A stretch of 64,000 nt of DNA from Mobula hypostoma. Lineage: Eukaryota. The translations under genes were made by a program, and so were the position numbers. The notes beneath the pieces were generated by a model. That model saw only the letters and a program-made list of their open reading frames with translations, was not told the DNA's origin and made no database searches. The stretch lies in contig NC_086097.1 in the NCBI RefSeq assembly GCF_963921235.1, positions 162,194,001-162,258,000 of the forward strand, in the 5' to 3' direction. The stretch's first letter is position 1. Each line of letters begins with the position of its first letter. Positions 51,206 through 64,000 of this stretch are shown here, piece after piece.

Positions 51206-53359
51206 ATAAGACCATAAGACCATAAGACAAAGGAGCAGAAGTAGGCCATTCGGCCCATCGAGTCTGCTCCGCCATTTTATCATGAGCTGATCCATTTTAT
51301 CCTATTTAGTCCCACTGCCCCGCCTTCTCACCATAACCTTTGATGCCCTGGCTACTCAGATACCTATCAATCTCTGCCTTAAATACACCCAATGACTTGG
51401 CCTCCACTGCTGCCCGTGGCAACAAATTCCATAGATTCACCACCCTCTGACTAAAAAAATTTTTTCGCATTTCTGTTCTGAAAGGGCGCCCTTCAATCCT
51501 GAAGTCATGCCCTCTCGTACTAGACTCCCCCATCATGGGAAACAACTTTGCCACATCCACTCTGTCCATGCCTTTTAACATTCGAAATGTTTCTATGAGG
51601 TCTCCCCTCATTCTTCTAAACTCCAAGGAATACAGTCCAAGAGCGGACAAACGTTCCTCATATGTTAACCCTCTCATTCCCAGAATCATTCTAGTGAATC
51701 TTCTCTGTACCCTCTCCAACGTCAGCACATCCTTTCTTAAATAAGGAGACCAAAACTGCCCACAGTACTCCAAGTGAGGTCTCACCAGCGCCTTATAGAG
51801 CCTCAACATCACATCCCTGCTCCTATACTCTATTCCTCTAGAAATGAATGCCAACATTGCATTCGCCTTCTTCACTACCGACTCAACCTGGAGGTTAACT
51901 TTAAGGGAATCCTGTATGAGGACTCCCAAGTCCCGTTGCATCTCAGAACTTTGAATTCTTTCCCCATTTAAATAATAGTCTGCCCGTTTATTTTTTCTGC
52001 CAAAGTGCATAACCATACACTTTCCAACATTGTACTTCATTTGCCACTTCTCTGCCCATTCTTCCAATCTATCCAAGTCTCTCTGCAGACTCTCCGTTTC
52101 CTCAGCACTACTGGCCCCTCCACTTATCTTCGTATCGTCAGCAAACTTAGCCACAAAGCTATCTATTCCATAATCCAAATCATTGATGTACAATGTAAAA
52201 AGAAGCGGTCCCAACACTGATCCCTGTGGAACACCACTGGTAACCGGCAGCCAACCAGAATAGGATCCCTTTATTCCCACTCTCTGTTTCCTGCCAATCA
52301 GCCAACGCTCTCTCCACGTATGTAACTTTCCTGTAATTCCATGGGCTCTTATCTTGTTAAGTAGCCTCATGTGTGGCACCCTGTCAAAGGCCTTCTGAAA
52401 ATCCAAATATACAACATCCACTGCATCTCCCTTGTCTAGCCTACTGGTAATTTCCTTAAAAAATTGTAATAGGTTTGTCAGGCAGGATTTTCCTTTAAGG
52501 AATCCATGCTGAGTTCTGCCTATCTTGTCATATGCCTCCAGGTACTCTGTAACCTCATCCTTGACAATCGACTCCAACAACTTCCCAACCACCGACGTCA
52601 AGCTAACAGGTCTATAATTTCCTTTTTGCTTCCTTGCCCCCTTCCCCCCTTCTTAAATAGCGGAGTGACATTTGCAATCTTCCAGTCTTCTGGAACCATG
52701 CCAGAATCTATCAACTTTTGAAAGATCATCGCTAATGCCTCCGCAATCTCCACAGCTACTTCCTTCAGGACACGAGGTTGCATTCCATCTGGTCCAGGAG
52801 ATTTATCGACCTTTAGCCTATTCAGCTTCCTGAGTACTTTCTGTGTCGTAATTGTGACTGCGCACACTTCTCTTCCCTCCCACCCTTGAGTGTCCGGTAT
52901 CCTGCTGTCTTCCTCAGTGAAGACTGATGCAAAATACTTGTTCAGTTCCTCTGCCATCTCCTCATCTCCCATTACAATTCCTCCGGTTTCATTTTCTATC
53001 GGTCCTGTATCTACTCTCACCTGTCTTTTACTCTTTATATACTTGAAAAAGCTTTTAGTATCCTCTTTGATATTATTTGCTAGTTTCCTTTCATAGTTAA
53101 TCTTTTCTCTCTTAATGACCTACTTGGTTTCCTTTTGTAAGGTTTTAAAGACTTCCCAATCCTCTGTCTTCCCACTAATTTTTGCTTCTTTGTATGCCCT
53201 CTCCTTAGCTTTAACTTTGGCTTTGACTTCTCTTGTCAACCACGGTTGCATCCTTTTTCCACTCGAAAATTTCTTCTTTTTTGGAATATACCTGTCTTGC
53301 ACATTCCTCATTTCTCGCATAAACTCCAGCCACTGCTGCTCTGCCGTCTTTCCCGCCAA
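51206..53359 (-). mobile_element. Young 5'-truncated CR1 LINE; RT domain open for 431 aa
   Basis: ORF 51306..52601 with KFADDTK; 7-nt duplication frameshift near 52640 and stop at 53120-53122; (GGTCTTAT)n tail. Confidence 0.96.
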
Positions 53360-53390
53360 TGTGCAAATCCTGCCAGCTTTTGAAAAGTGT

Positions 53391-54990
53391 TGGAAAAGAT
53401 ATTTACAGAATTCTAAAAAGGAGGGTGGTCTGGCATTGCCGAATTTTAGATTTTACTATTGTGCAATTAATATTCGATATTTAAAATTTTGGACATGGGA
53501 CTTGGACATTGGGTAAATCTTGAATGTAAATCTGTAAAAGGGTTTTCACTGGGTTCTATCTTAGGGACTTCGCTTCCCTTTGCTCTTTCTAAATTGCATA
53601 AACAAATGGATAATCCAATAGTTAAATATACTTTACGAATATGGTTTCAATTTCAAAAATTTTTTGGGTTGAATCAATTTATTCTAGCAAGTCCTATTAT
53701 ATCTATTTTTTTTTCAACCCTCTATTATGGATCAAGCCTGTTTGGCTTGGAAAACCAAAGGTATATTACGATTTTGTGATCTATTTTTGGATAATTGTTT
53801 CATGTCCTTTGAACAATTATCTAATAAATATAATTTGCCTAGATCCCATTTCTTTAGATATTTACAAATTGGAAACTTTTTAAATACTGTTCTTTCTACC
53901 TTCCTGAATCTATATCCAATGGGTATTTTGGGAAAAATTTTAGATTTAAATCCTTTTCAGAAAGGTGTAACAGCAACTATTTATAATATAGTTATGAAGA
54001 TACATCCAGACATATCTAATAAAATTAAGAATGTTTGGGAAAGGGAACTTAAGCTTACTTTACCTATTGAAAAATGGGGAAAAATTCTTCAATTAGTTAA
54101 CTCATCCTCTATGTGTGCTAAACATGTGTTGATACAGTTTAAAGTAAGTGCACAGGGCTCATATGTCCAAAGATAAATTAGCTCATTAATACTCTCACAT
54201 AAATCCTGTATGTGATAGATGTCACTCTGAGATGGTTTCTTTAATTCATGTGTTTTGGTCATGTCCTTTTTTTGGGGAAAAAAACTGGTATGATATCTTT
54301 GATATTATTTCAACTGTTCTAAGGTATTGATTTACAACCTCACCCTATTACCACAATTTTTGGTTTACCAATGATAGAACCAAGTCATTTAACCTCTTCA
54401 GCTCGTCGGATGATTGCATTTCTTAGATTAATGGCTAGAAGATCCATTTTGCTGAATTGGAAAGAGATCTATCCGCCCACCACATTTCATTGGTTCTCTC
54501 AAACTATGTTGTGTTTAAATTTAGAAAAAAAATTAGAAGTGTCATTTATGATCCTTCTATTAAATTCAAAAAGACTTGGAGGCCATTTATTCAACACTTC
54601 CAGAAGATGTAATTTGACCTTTTCCAAACCTATTCTATTTCTTTTAAATATATGCAGAGAGGAGCGGAGTCAATGACACTAGTGGTTCTTTAACCACTAG
54701 TGGTTACACAACAGCTCACGTCTTTTTCTTTTCCTCAGTTTAGTTGGTTAGCATTGTTTAGATTAGTTTTTTTGGGGGGGTATTTTGTTTTTTTTTCCTT
54801 TTTCATGCTATTTCTGCGTTTTTGTATATTCATATTTTATACGATTTTGGGAGGTTTAATACCTGTGTGCCAACTGAGTTTATAATTATATGTGTTAATT
54901 ATTAACAGTGTAATCCCAATAGCTTTGTATTTATACTATGTTATGTTTAACATTTTGATATTAATAAAAAGATTGAAAAAGAAAGAAGAA
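53391..54990 (+). mobile_element. L1-clade LINE 3' fragment
   Basis: KKEGGLALPNFRFYY; Cys-rich CDRCHSEMVSLIHVFWSCP near 54211-54267; AATAAA at 54963-54968 and A-rich tail. Confidence 0.88.
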
Positions 54991-55441
54991 AGTTAAAGAC
55001 ACACTGCAGTTTACTGAGATTAAATAAGTTAGAAAGGCATGTAACCTTTGCTTGATCTTGTTCGTTGATTGATATTGTAATAACTATGTACCTTGTGAAA
55101 ATTTACCTAATGTATTTTTTTTAATTAAGGTGAAACATAAACCTACAAATATAAATTTGCAAAAGTTCATCACCTGCATAACTGTCATTTTTGTATCTGA
55201 CTACGTACATTTTCTTTGAAAATCTGTTTCCTTTCTATTATAATTGTGCATCAGTATCAATTAAACTGCCATTTATATGTAATTATAGATTTATTAATTT
55301 GGCTAAGTGCTGCTCAGTGCAGTTGCTCATTGTTAAGTTCTTTCACTGATACAAGATTCTATAATTTTGTTAATATATCACAAGTTACTATGTTGCAATG
55401 TATTTGGCTGTGCCACCTTGTAACCATATTTTCTTTTATAG

Positions 55442-55657
55442 ATCGAGATGGCACAAAAGCTGTTGAATTCTGATCTAGCAGAATTAATCAGTAAGATGAA
55501 GCTAGCCCAACAATATGTGATGACAACGCTCCAGCATGATTATAAGAAGCAGATGTTGACAGCTGCACATGCATTGGCTGTGGATGCCAAAAATTTGCTG
55601 GATGTTATTGACCAAGCCAGATTGAAAATGATAGGGAGTCAGACAAGACCCCTCTAG
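55442..55657 (+). CDS. PTK2: FAK last coding exon to stop (IEMAQKLLNSDLAELISKMKLAQQYVMTTLQHDYKKQMLTAAHALAVDAKNLLDVIDQARLKMIGSQTRPL*)
   Basis: ttcttttatag acceptor; ORF 55448..55657; FAT C-terminus AHALAVDAKNLLDVIDQARLK. Confidence 0.98.
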   Translation: MEMAQKLLNSDLAELISKMKLAQQYVMTTLQHDYKKQMLTAAHALAVDAKNLLDVIDQARLKMIGSQTRPL

Positions 55658-56610
55658 CTATACAGAATCTGCTTTTGGCCAGGGTGGGCAGGGTCTTAGA
55701 ATGATCACGTGATCATATCTGTAACCAGCACATGGAGTCACAAAGAGCCAAATTTAAAAACTTCATATATCTACATGTGTATAGAAGCCAAGAATGTGCT
55801 ATAATATCGAGGATTCTGGGAAACCCAAGGGCTGAGAATTCTTTCTGCACAGTACAGGAACTCCAGACTGGAACTTTTCTCTCTGAATAGTAACAGACCA
55901 ATATTTAGCTGCAATACATCAAACAGGATTTGAACAAAGATGTTATATTTTCAGACTGAAGTCATTTAATTGTAACAAAAAAAAAGGTTTCTTGATTCTC
56001 CACCTCTTATGAATGGAGGTGCTCCTATATTTCAAAACCACATGTAAGTGTTGGTTTAAAAACTGGCATGTAGAATGGAGATAAGACTGAATTTTCCTTT
56101 GAGCAGAAATACATGCTAGTCATTTAGAGAAAACCTGGAAAAGATGAGTTGCATTTGTTGATGCAGCAAAAATGAGTGTCGTGTATTAATATTTCTTCTA
56201 CAATTGTTTAATTTCATTTTTTTTATTATTTAAAATGAAAGCCATGATGATAATTAAAAGAAAATAGTTCATAACCATCTTGTTTCTGGCTTGTCTAGGA
56301 TTTTCTTGGGAACAGTGTAGTATGCAGGCATGGTACATTTATTTTTAATTTTCCTTATGTTATATGTGTTCTCTGGAACTCCTTCCTTCATTTTGGGGTA
56401 TAAATTATTCTCAGGAAGAATATAATGAACTGTACAGCTATATGACCTATTAAAAAGGTGTTAACAAGAAGCTCAAGCTTGTAATGTTTTCTGCAACTTG
56501 TCTAGCATGTATACTTGCATTCTGTTTCTCTCTTCAATTATAATTTGTACTTGGGTTGAACCAGCAACCCAAACATGTGAATAAATTGAGAGCTGGTACC
56601 AGAAGCAGTG
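55658..56610 (+). other. PTK2: PTK2 3' UTR, end uncertain; candidate poly(A) signals ATTAAA 56253-56258, ATTAAA 56449-56454, AATAAA 56580-56585
   Basis: Repeat-free AT-rich stretch after the stop codon with hexamer matches. Confidence 0.55.
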
Positions 56611-56894
56611 GCCTCCAAAGCTTGAAAATTCAGCCTGCTTATTCATCTCTTCCAGGGAAATGACTTTGCTCAACTGTGGGATTGACACTGACTAACCTCT
56701 TACTAACAAATGTAGCTCCACCAGTAGTACCCAAAACCAGAGATAGAAGACATTGGCATATTCCAAACAACTATTTTTATTTAAGATGTTTGTCTCTCTC
56801 ACCTCCTGTTTCCCTTTATCTTCTATAGGGTAAAATCTCTTAGCTTATGTATAATTCTTTGGGGCCTTTTAAATGGTACATAATTTAACATGGA

Positions 56895-57245
56895 TAAAAC
56901 ATAGGAACATAGAAAACCTACAGCACAATACAGGCCCTTCGGCCCGCAAAGTTGTGCCAAACATGACCCTACCTTAGAAATTACTAGGCTTACTCATAGC
57001 CCTCTATTTCTCTAAGCTCCATGTACCTATCCAAAAGTCTCTTAAAAGACCCTATCATATCCACTTCTACCACCGCAGCCCATTCCACGCACTCGCCACT
57101 CTCTGCGTAAAAAACCTACCCCTGACATCTCCTCTGTACCTGCTCGCCAGCACCTTAAACCTGTGTCCTCTTGTGGCAACCATTTCAGTCCTGGGAAAAA
57201 GCCTCTGACTGTCCACACGATCAATGCCTCTCATCTTATACACCT
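56895..57245 (-). mobile_element. CR1 3' end just downstream of PTK2
   Basis: (TTCTATGT)-type tail and CR1 C-terminal remnant. Confidence 0.8.
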
Positions 57246-58259
57246 CTTAGTGTATAAATTTCAACGTCTGGTTTCTAAACCTCTTTCTAAACATGATGCT
57301 GCTTTTAACAAATCCAAGTTTTATGTAATGATTAGTAACAATATTAGAGCATTTTATGCACATTGAATTCATAAGTAACTTCATTGGTCTTTTTTGAGTT
57401 AAATGATCAAATTGAGCTTCCTAAAATTTAGAAGATTGCTGCTTCAAGGTGATTAATTCATCTGGGAGATGTCAAAGAACTACATGCCCTTGTGGGTCAA
57501 TTCAGAACAAGAGAGCAAAAGCTTTTATAAAATTTAAATATTTGGGGAATAACAATTATAAACAGGGATTTTGGTGTTATTCTTCCTTGTTGCACTGAGA
57601 CAATTGAAACATCCCTGGTATTATCCAAGCTGAAGCTAACTGTGTCAGCCAGATAAAGATTGAAAATGCTGGAAACACTTGGCAGATCAAGCAGCTGTGG
57701 AAGGAGAAAGTTAACACTTCATCAACATCTGGTGGTATTCTGTTAAATTTTCTGTAAACCTCCTCTTTGCAGTAATCAAGCTAGGCTTTGACAAAGGACT
57801 TGTACACTATTGTGCACAATCCCTTTGAGATGAGGTTGGAAATATTCTAATGCACTTGTGTAAAAGCTTTTACCAAAATGGATTTATAAATCTTATGGCA
57901 CCACAGCACGTGGTGTTTCAGCATTATGTTGATTCTTTTTGTTGTCATCAAATCTAAAGTGGGTGAATTTATACTTCACAGTTAACTCCCTCTGCTAGCT
58001 TTTAGACCCTTCATTTAGTTTATCCTACCTTTGTCACTTTTTGCTTGGTCTGACTCACATCCTCTGGTAAATAATCTCCATAGATGCTGCCTGACTTGCT
58101 CAGTTCCTCCAGCATTTTGTGTTTGTGTTGTGCAAGATTTCCAGCAACTGTGGGATCGCATATGTACATATCTTCCTATTCCTTCATCTGTCATCAATGT
58201 ACTTACCATGTGCACAGTTCTAGTTGACCCCACTTATTCTGCCAATGAGAGGAAAGAAC

Positions 58260-61200
58260 ATCTCTTACCCGTATAGTGAGTAGAATGGCAGTGACACTTC
58301 ACCCCCAGACGAGCTGAACACCTTTTATGCTCACTTTGAAAGGGAGAATAAAACTACAACTATGAGGATCCCTGCAGTACCCGATGACCTTGTGATCTCT
58401 GTCTTGGAGGTCAGCGTTGTGATCTTTAAGGACGAGGAACCCTTGCTAGTCGGCAGGCCCCAATGGAGTACCTGGTAAGACTCTGAAAACCAGGACCGAC
58501 CAACTGACAGGAGTGTTCAAAGACATTTTCAGTCTCTCATTGCTATAATCGGAAGCTTCACCTGCTTCAAAAGAACAACGATTATACCAGTGCCCAGTAG
58601 AGCATTGTGAGCTGCCTTAAACGCTATCATCCAGTAGCACTCACGTGTATGGTGATGAAGTGCTTTGAGAGGCTGGAGATGGTTGGAATCACCTTCTGCC
58701 TCAGCAAGGACCTGGTACCACTGCAAATTGCCTATCGCCATAATAGGCCAATGGCAGATGCGTTCTTATTGGCTGTCCGTGCAGCCTTGGTTTTCCAGAC
58801 AATACGAATATCTATGTTGGGATGCGATTTCTTGACTACAGCTCAGCATTAAACACCGGCATTCTGATAGTCCTGACTGAAAAGCTCCAAAGCCTGGGCC
58901 TCTGTACCTTCCACTGGAACTGGACCCTCTACTTCCTCACTGGAAGGTTGCAATCTGTGCCGATTGGAAATAACAGCTCCACCTCGCTGACAGCCAACAC
59001 TGGCACACCTTAGCGATGTGTGCTTAACCCACTGCTCTACTCTATCTATACCCCTGACCGTGTGGACAGGTATAGCTCAGATGCCATCTGTAACCATTGT
59101 TGGGAGAATCTCAGATGGAGACAAAGGGTGTACAGCAGCCAGACATACTAGCCAGTTGAGGGGTGTTGCAGCAACAACATTGCACAACGTCAATATGACC
59201 AAAGAGTTGATTGTGAACTTATTAAAGGATAGTTGAGAGAACATACACCAGTGGACAGAGTGAGCAATTTCAAGTTGCTGCGTGTCAATATCTCTTGAGG
59301 CCCTAACCTGGTCCCAACATATCAATGCAGCTATAAAGAAGGCAAAACAGTGGCTATATTTCATTAGGAATTTTGTGGAGATATGGTATGTCATCTAACT
59401 CACAAATTTCTACAGATGTGCCATTGAGAGCGTTCTAACTGGCCACTTCACCGTCTGTTATTGGGGGCGGGGCGGGGGTTGCTACTGCAGAGACTCATAA
59501 AATTAGACAGCTTCATCATGGGCACTAGCCTCCATAGTATCCAAGGCATTTTCAAGGAGCGATGCCTCAAAAAAGTGGCATCCATCATTAAGGACCACCC
59601 CCCCCCCCCCACCCAGGACATGCCCTTCTCTCATTGTTACCAGGAGGCCTGTTGGCACACGCACTCAGTGATTCAGAAGCAGCAGCTTCCCATCTGCCAT
59701 CCGATTTCTGAATGGACATTGAACCCATGAACACCTCACTTTTTTTTGCACTATTTATTTAATTTAAATATTTAACATATGTACAGCGGCATGCAAAAGT
59801 TTGGACACCCCGGTCAAAATCTCTGTTACTGTGAATAGCTAAGCAAGTAAAAGATGAACTGATTTCCAAAAGTTAAAGATGACACATTTCTTTAATACTT
59901 TAAGCAAGAAAACTTTTTTATTTCCATCTTTTACAGTTTCAAAATAACAAAAAGAGGAGAAGAGCCTAAAGCAAAAGTTTGGGCACCCTGCATGGCAGTA
60001 CTTAGTAACACCCCCTTTGGCAAGTATCACAGCTTGTAAATACTTTTTTTAGCCAGCTAAGAGTCTTTCAATTCTTGTTTGAGGGATTTTCACTGTCTTC
60101 CTTGCAAAAGGCTGCTAGTTCTGTGAGATTCTTGGGCTGTCTTGCATGCACTGCTCTTTTGTTGTCTATCCACAGATCCTCGATGATGTTCAGGTCAGGG
60201 GACTGTGAAGGCCATGGCAAAACCTTCAGCTTGCGCCTCTTGAGGTAGTCCATTGTGGATTTTGAAGTGTGTTTAGGTTTGTTATCCTGTTGTAGAAGCA
60301 ATCCTCTTTTCATCTTCGGCTTTTTTACAGACGATATGATGTTTGCTTCCAGAATTTGCTGGTATTTAATTGAATTCATTCTTTCCTCTACCAGTAAATG
60401 TTTCCAATGCCACTGGCTGCAACACAAGCCCAAAGCATGATTGATCCACCCCTGTATTACCAGTTGGAGAGGGGTTCTTTTCATGAAATTCTGCATCCTT
60501 TTTTCTCCAAACATACCTTTGCTCATTGCAGCCAAAAAGTTGTATTCAAAAGGTTCAAAGGAACATCTAAATAAGCCTGATGCATTTTGGAAACAAGTAC
60601 TGTGGACCGATGAAGTTAAAATAAAACTTTTTGGCCACAATGAGCAAAGATATGTTTGGAGAAAAAAGGGTGCAGAATTTCATGAAAAGAACCCCTCTCC
60701 AACTGTTAAGCATGGGAGTGGATCAATCATGCTTTGGGCCTGTGTTGCAGCCAGTGGCACGGGGAACATTTACTGGTAGAGGGAAGAATGAATTCAATTA
60801 AATACCAGCAAATTCTGGAAGCAAACATCACACTGTCTGTAAAAAAGCTGAAGATGAAAAGAGGACGGCTTCTACAACAGGATAACAAACCTAAACACAC
60901 CTCAAGGTCCAGAATGGACTACCTCAAGAGGCGCAAGCTGAAGGTTTTGCCATGGCCCTCATAGTCCCCTGACCTGAACATCATCGAGAATCTGTGGATA
61001 GACCTCAAAAGAGCAGTGCATGCAGATGGCCCAAGAATCTTACAGAACTAGAAGCCTTTTGCGAGGAAGAATGGGCGAAAATCCCCCAAACAAGAATTGA
61101 AAGACTCTTAGCTGGATTTACAAGCTGATAATTACCAAAGGGGGTGTTACTAAGTACTGCCATGCAGGGTGTCCAAAATTTTGCTTCGGGCCCTTTTCCT

Positions 61201-61497
61201 TTTTTGTTATTTTCAAACTGTAAAAGATGGAAATAAAAAAGTTTTCCTGCTTAAAATATTAAAGAAATGCGTCATCTTTAACGTCATGCCTTTTGAAAAT
61301 CAGTTCATCTTTTACTTGCTTAGCTATTCACAGTAACAGAAACTTTGACCAGGGGTGCCCAAACATTTGCATGCCACTGTATACTTACTATAATTCAGTT
61401 CTTTTTTCTATATCATTGTGTATCACATTGTTCTGCTGCTGCAGAGTTAACAAATTTCACAACGTATGCTGGTGATATTAAACCTGATTCTGATTCT
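58260..61497 (+). mobile_element. Rex1/Babar LINE remnant whose 3' tail is interrupted by the Tc1 element
   Basis: YHPVALTCMVMKCFERL, DYSSALNT motifs; tail ending CTGATTCTGATTCTGA at about 61484-61499. Confidence 0.82.
59784..61379. mobile_element. Palindromic Tc1-family element made of two head-to-head 3' halves
   Basis: TA|CAGCGGCATGCAAA...TTTGCATGCCACTG|TA; WTDE, QQDNKPKH, SPDLNIIE motifs on plus; QQDN..SPDLNIIE copy on minus. Confidence 0.92.
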
Positions 61498-62049
61498 GAG
61501 TGTGTGATTTTGGTTTCACCCACATCTCTCAATCTGACTCAAAACTGAACAGCATGTGCCTCAACAATGCCAGACAATCAGTGCAAGTAGATCTGCAACC
61601 CTCATTAGAATAGACCTTAATAAAAACAATTGGAATCAGCACCAGATGAGGGAGACATCAGTGTTGGGACGAATTAACACAGTGAGATCTGGCTTGGAAA
61701 TGGTTATGTGAGTGAAGTTAACACTGGCACCAATCGACAATTACAATTTAAATCTGTCTGAGAAATCAAGTGAGACTAAAGACACTTTACTAGTTTAGAT
61801 AAGTGCATTTCCAACAGCAACCACAAAGCCAGATACCATTTGAAAAAGAAGTAAATCTGTTTGTCAACTTGTTAGTTTCACCTTCACAGTCATGAGGGGG
61901 GGCGGGCAACAAGATTTGGATCAGGACCTTTGAACAAGAGTTGAGTCTCTGTGTTTGTGCTTCCGAGTTCAGCTTTGCAGGAGTCCAACAGAGACAAATC
62001 TGCAAATATTTAAAAGTAAATTGGCAAAATAACAACCAATAAAAAGAAG

Positions 62050-63800
62050 GTAGTGGCCATGGCTAAAATGGGGGTTTGAAGCTTCGGCTCGTGGAGCTTC
62101 AGCAGGAAGAGGCCGAGTAAGTCACCTAGGTGAGTGTGAAACTCAAAGGTTTCGGAGAGAAGGCACAGGTAAGAAAAGGTAAGTTTTTTTTTGGTGTTTG
62201 TAAATCCTTTGTCCTTAATTCATTGTAGGCAGAATGGTAGTTAAGGCAGTGGGATGTGGGATTTCGGGGTAGCAAACAGTCTCCCTGATGACTATGTCTG
62301 TGGGAAGTGCACCCAACTTTAGCTCCTTACTGACCAGGTTGAAGAACTGGAGCTGGATGTACTCAGAACCATCCTGGAGGATGAAAACCCCATAGATGAA
62401 ACTTCTTGCTGAGGTGGTCACACCCAGAGTGCAGGCTTCAAATAGAAGATTGGTGACCACCAGAAGAAGCAAGGGGAGCAAGTAATCAGTGCGGGTTTCC
62501 CCTGTGGCCTCAGCAACAAGCACAATATGCCCCTTTGGATGCTGCTGGGTGTGATGAACTGTCAGAGTGCAGCAGCATCAGCCAGGCCAGTGACACTGTG
62601 GCCAGCTCTGAGGCTCAACAAGGAAGGGTAAAGTTAGGAAGAGTGATAGTGATTGGAGACGTGAAAGCTGGGGGACAGACCAGAGATTCTGTGTCTGCGA
62701 AAGAGAGGCCAGGATGGTGTGTTGCCTCAGAGCAGCTACAGGATATTCTCAAAGGGTGAAGGTGAGGTACACATTCGCACCAATGATGTAAGTCCCTCAT
62801 GGGACACTTGTCCAGAAAATTAAGATGCATAGGATCCATTGTGAATTGACTGCTTGGATTCGGAACTGGCTTGTCCATTGAAGACAGAGTAGTGTTCAAT
62901 GGGACTTATTCTAGAATCGAAGATCTGTGATTAGTGGTGTTTTGCGGGGATCTGCACTGGGACCTTTGCTGTTGTGATGTTCTCAGTGACCTGGATGAAA
63001 ATGTAAATGGATGGGTTAATAAGTTTGCAGATGGTACGGAGATTGGTGGTGTTGTGGATAGCATAGAAGACTGGCAAAGAATACAGCAGGATATAGATCA
63101 GCTGCAGATATGGGCAGTGAAATGGCAGATAGAGTTTAACCTGTCCAAATGTGAAATGTTGCACCTTGATAGGTCAAATGTAAAGAGACAATACGCTCTT
63201 AAAGGCTAAACCGTTAACTGTATTGATGAGCAGAGAAACCTTGGGATCCAAGTTCATATCTCCCTGAAAGTGGCTACACAGGTTGATAGGGTGGTTCAGA
63301 AGGCATGTGGCATTTATTAGTCAAGGCATTGAGTTCAAAAGGCAGGATGTTGCAGCTTTATGAAATTCTAGCTAGGCTGCATCTGGAATATTGCATACAG
63401 TTCTGATCACTCATAATAAGAAAGATGACAAGGCTTTGGAGAGGATGCAGAAGAGGTTTACCAGGATTCTCTCTGGATTAGAGAGCATGTTCTATAAAGA
63501 GATGTTGGACAAACTTGTGTTGTTTTCTCTGGAATGCTGGAGGCTGATGAGATCTGATTTTAAGATAGATAAAGTTGAGAGACAGTATCTTTGCCCAGGT
63601 TTGAAATATCTAATACAAGAGGGCATGCATTTAAAGTGAAAGGGGTTAAGTTCAAAGGGGATATGAGAGACATGTGTTTTCACACAGAGAGTGGTGGATG
63701 CCTGGAATGCACCATCCAGCAAGGCGGTAAAGGCAGATACAGAAGGGACTTTTCAGAGATGCTTAAATAGACGCATGAATGTGAGAGAAATGGATTGGTA
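62050..63800 (+). mobile_element. Degraded CR1 with ORF1 remnant (zinc finger, esterase-like) joined to RT 3' part by a large deletion
   Basis: CGKCTQL..L...VEELEL and GRVIVIGD remnants; ORF 62934..63209 KFADGTEIGG. Confidence 0.78.
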
Positions 63801-64000
63801 GTTGATAATCATTTTTCAGCAAACGCTGGAGAATAAATACCACAGGTTCTAACCTCCTTGATAGCTGCTGAACTATCTTGGTCATTCTCACATGAGCTGA
63901 AGTGCCCACCAAAAGAAGGAAAGTCGGAAGGAAGACAAATCCGAGGAGAGAATAACTTAACAAACAAATGTTCAGTGGGGTGTGATATGAAGAGAAATAT

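Noticed and set aside
53340..53400. Head-to-head CR1/L1 junction as a template-switch chimera
   Set aside because: About 30 nt of unrelated spacer separates them and no TSD encloses both; two independent insertions suffice

Overview
Vertebrate genomic DNA, most likely a cartilaginous fish such as a ray (inferred only from the repeat landscape: abundant CR1, Rex1/Babar, HE1-like SINE and Penelope elements). The window holds the 3' part of PTK2 (focal adhesion kinase, FAK) on the + strand: eight frame-consistent coding exons from the proline-rich region to the FAT domain and stop (1994-55657), a 9-nt Pro-Trp-Arg microexon at 36771-36779 that the ORF track misses, and the 3' UTR. Almost everything else is transposable-element debris, often nested, and nearly all long ORFs in the track are LINE reverse transcriptase fragments or their antisense shadows. 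I found no convincing new multi-gene system. The most unusual signals are: a candidate undescribed 12-nt PTK2 microexon; two different LTRs joined tail-to-tail inside one target-site duplication; a Tigger element resembling mammalian MER2 (possible horizontal transfer, comparison from memory); a fully palindromic Tc1 element; a near-perfect 95-bp Penelope-derived hairpin; and decayed minimal hammerhead ribozymes. Boundaries of decayed repeats are approximate; exon, TIR and TSD coordinates were read directly.
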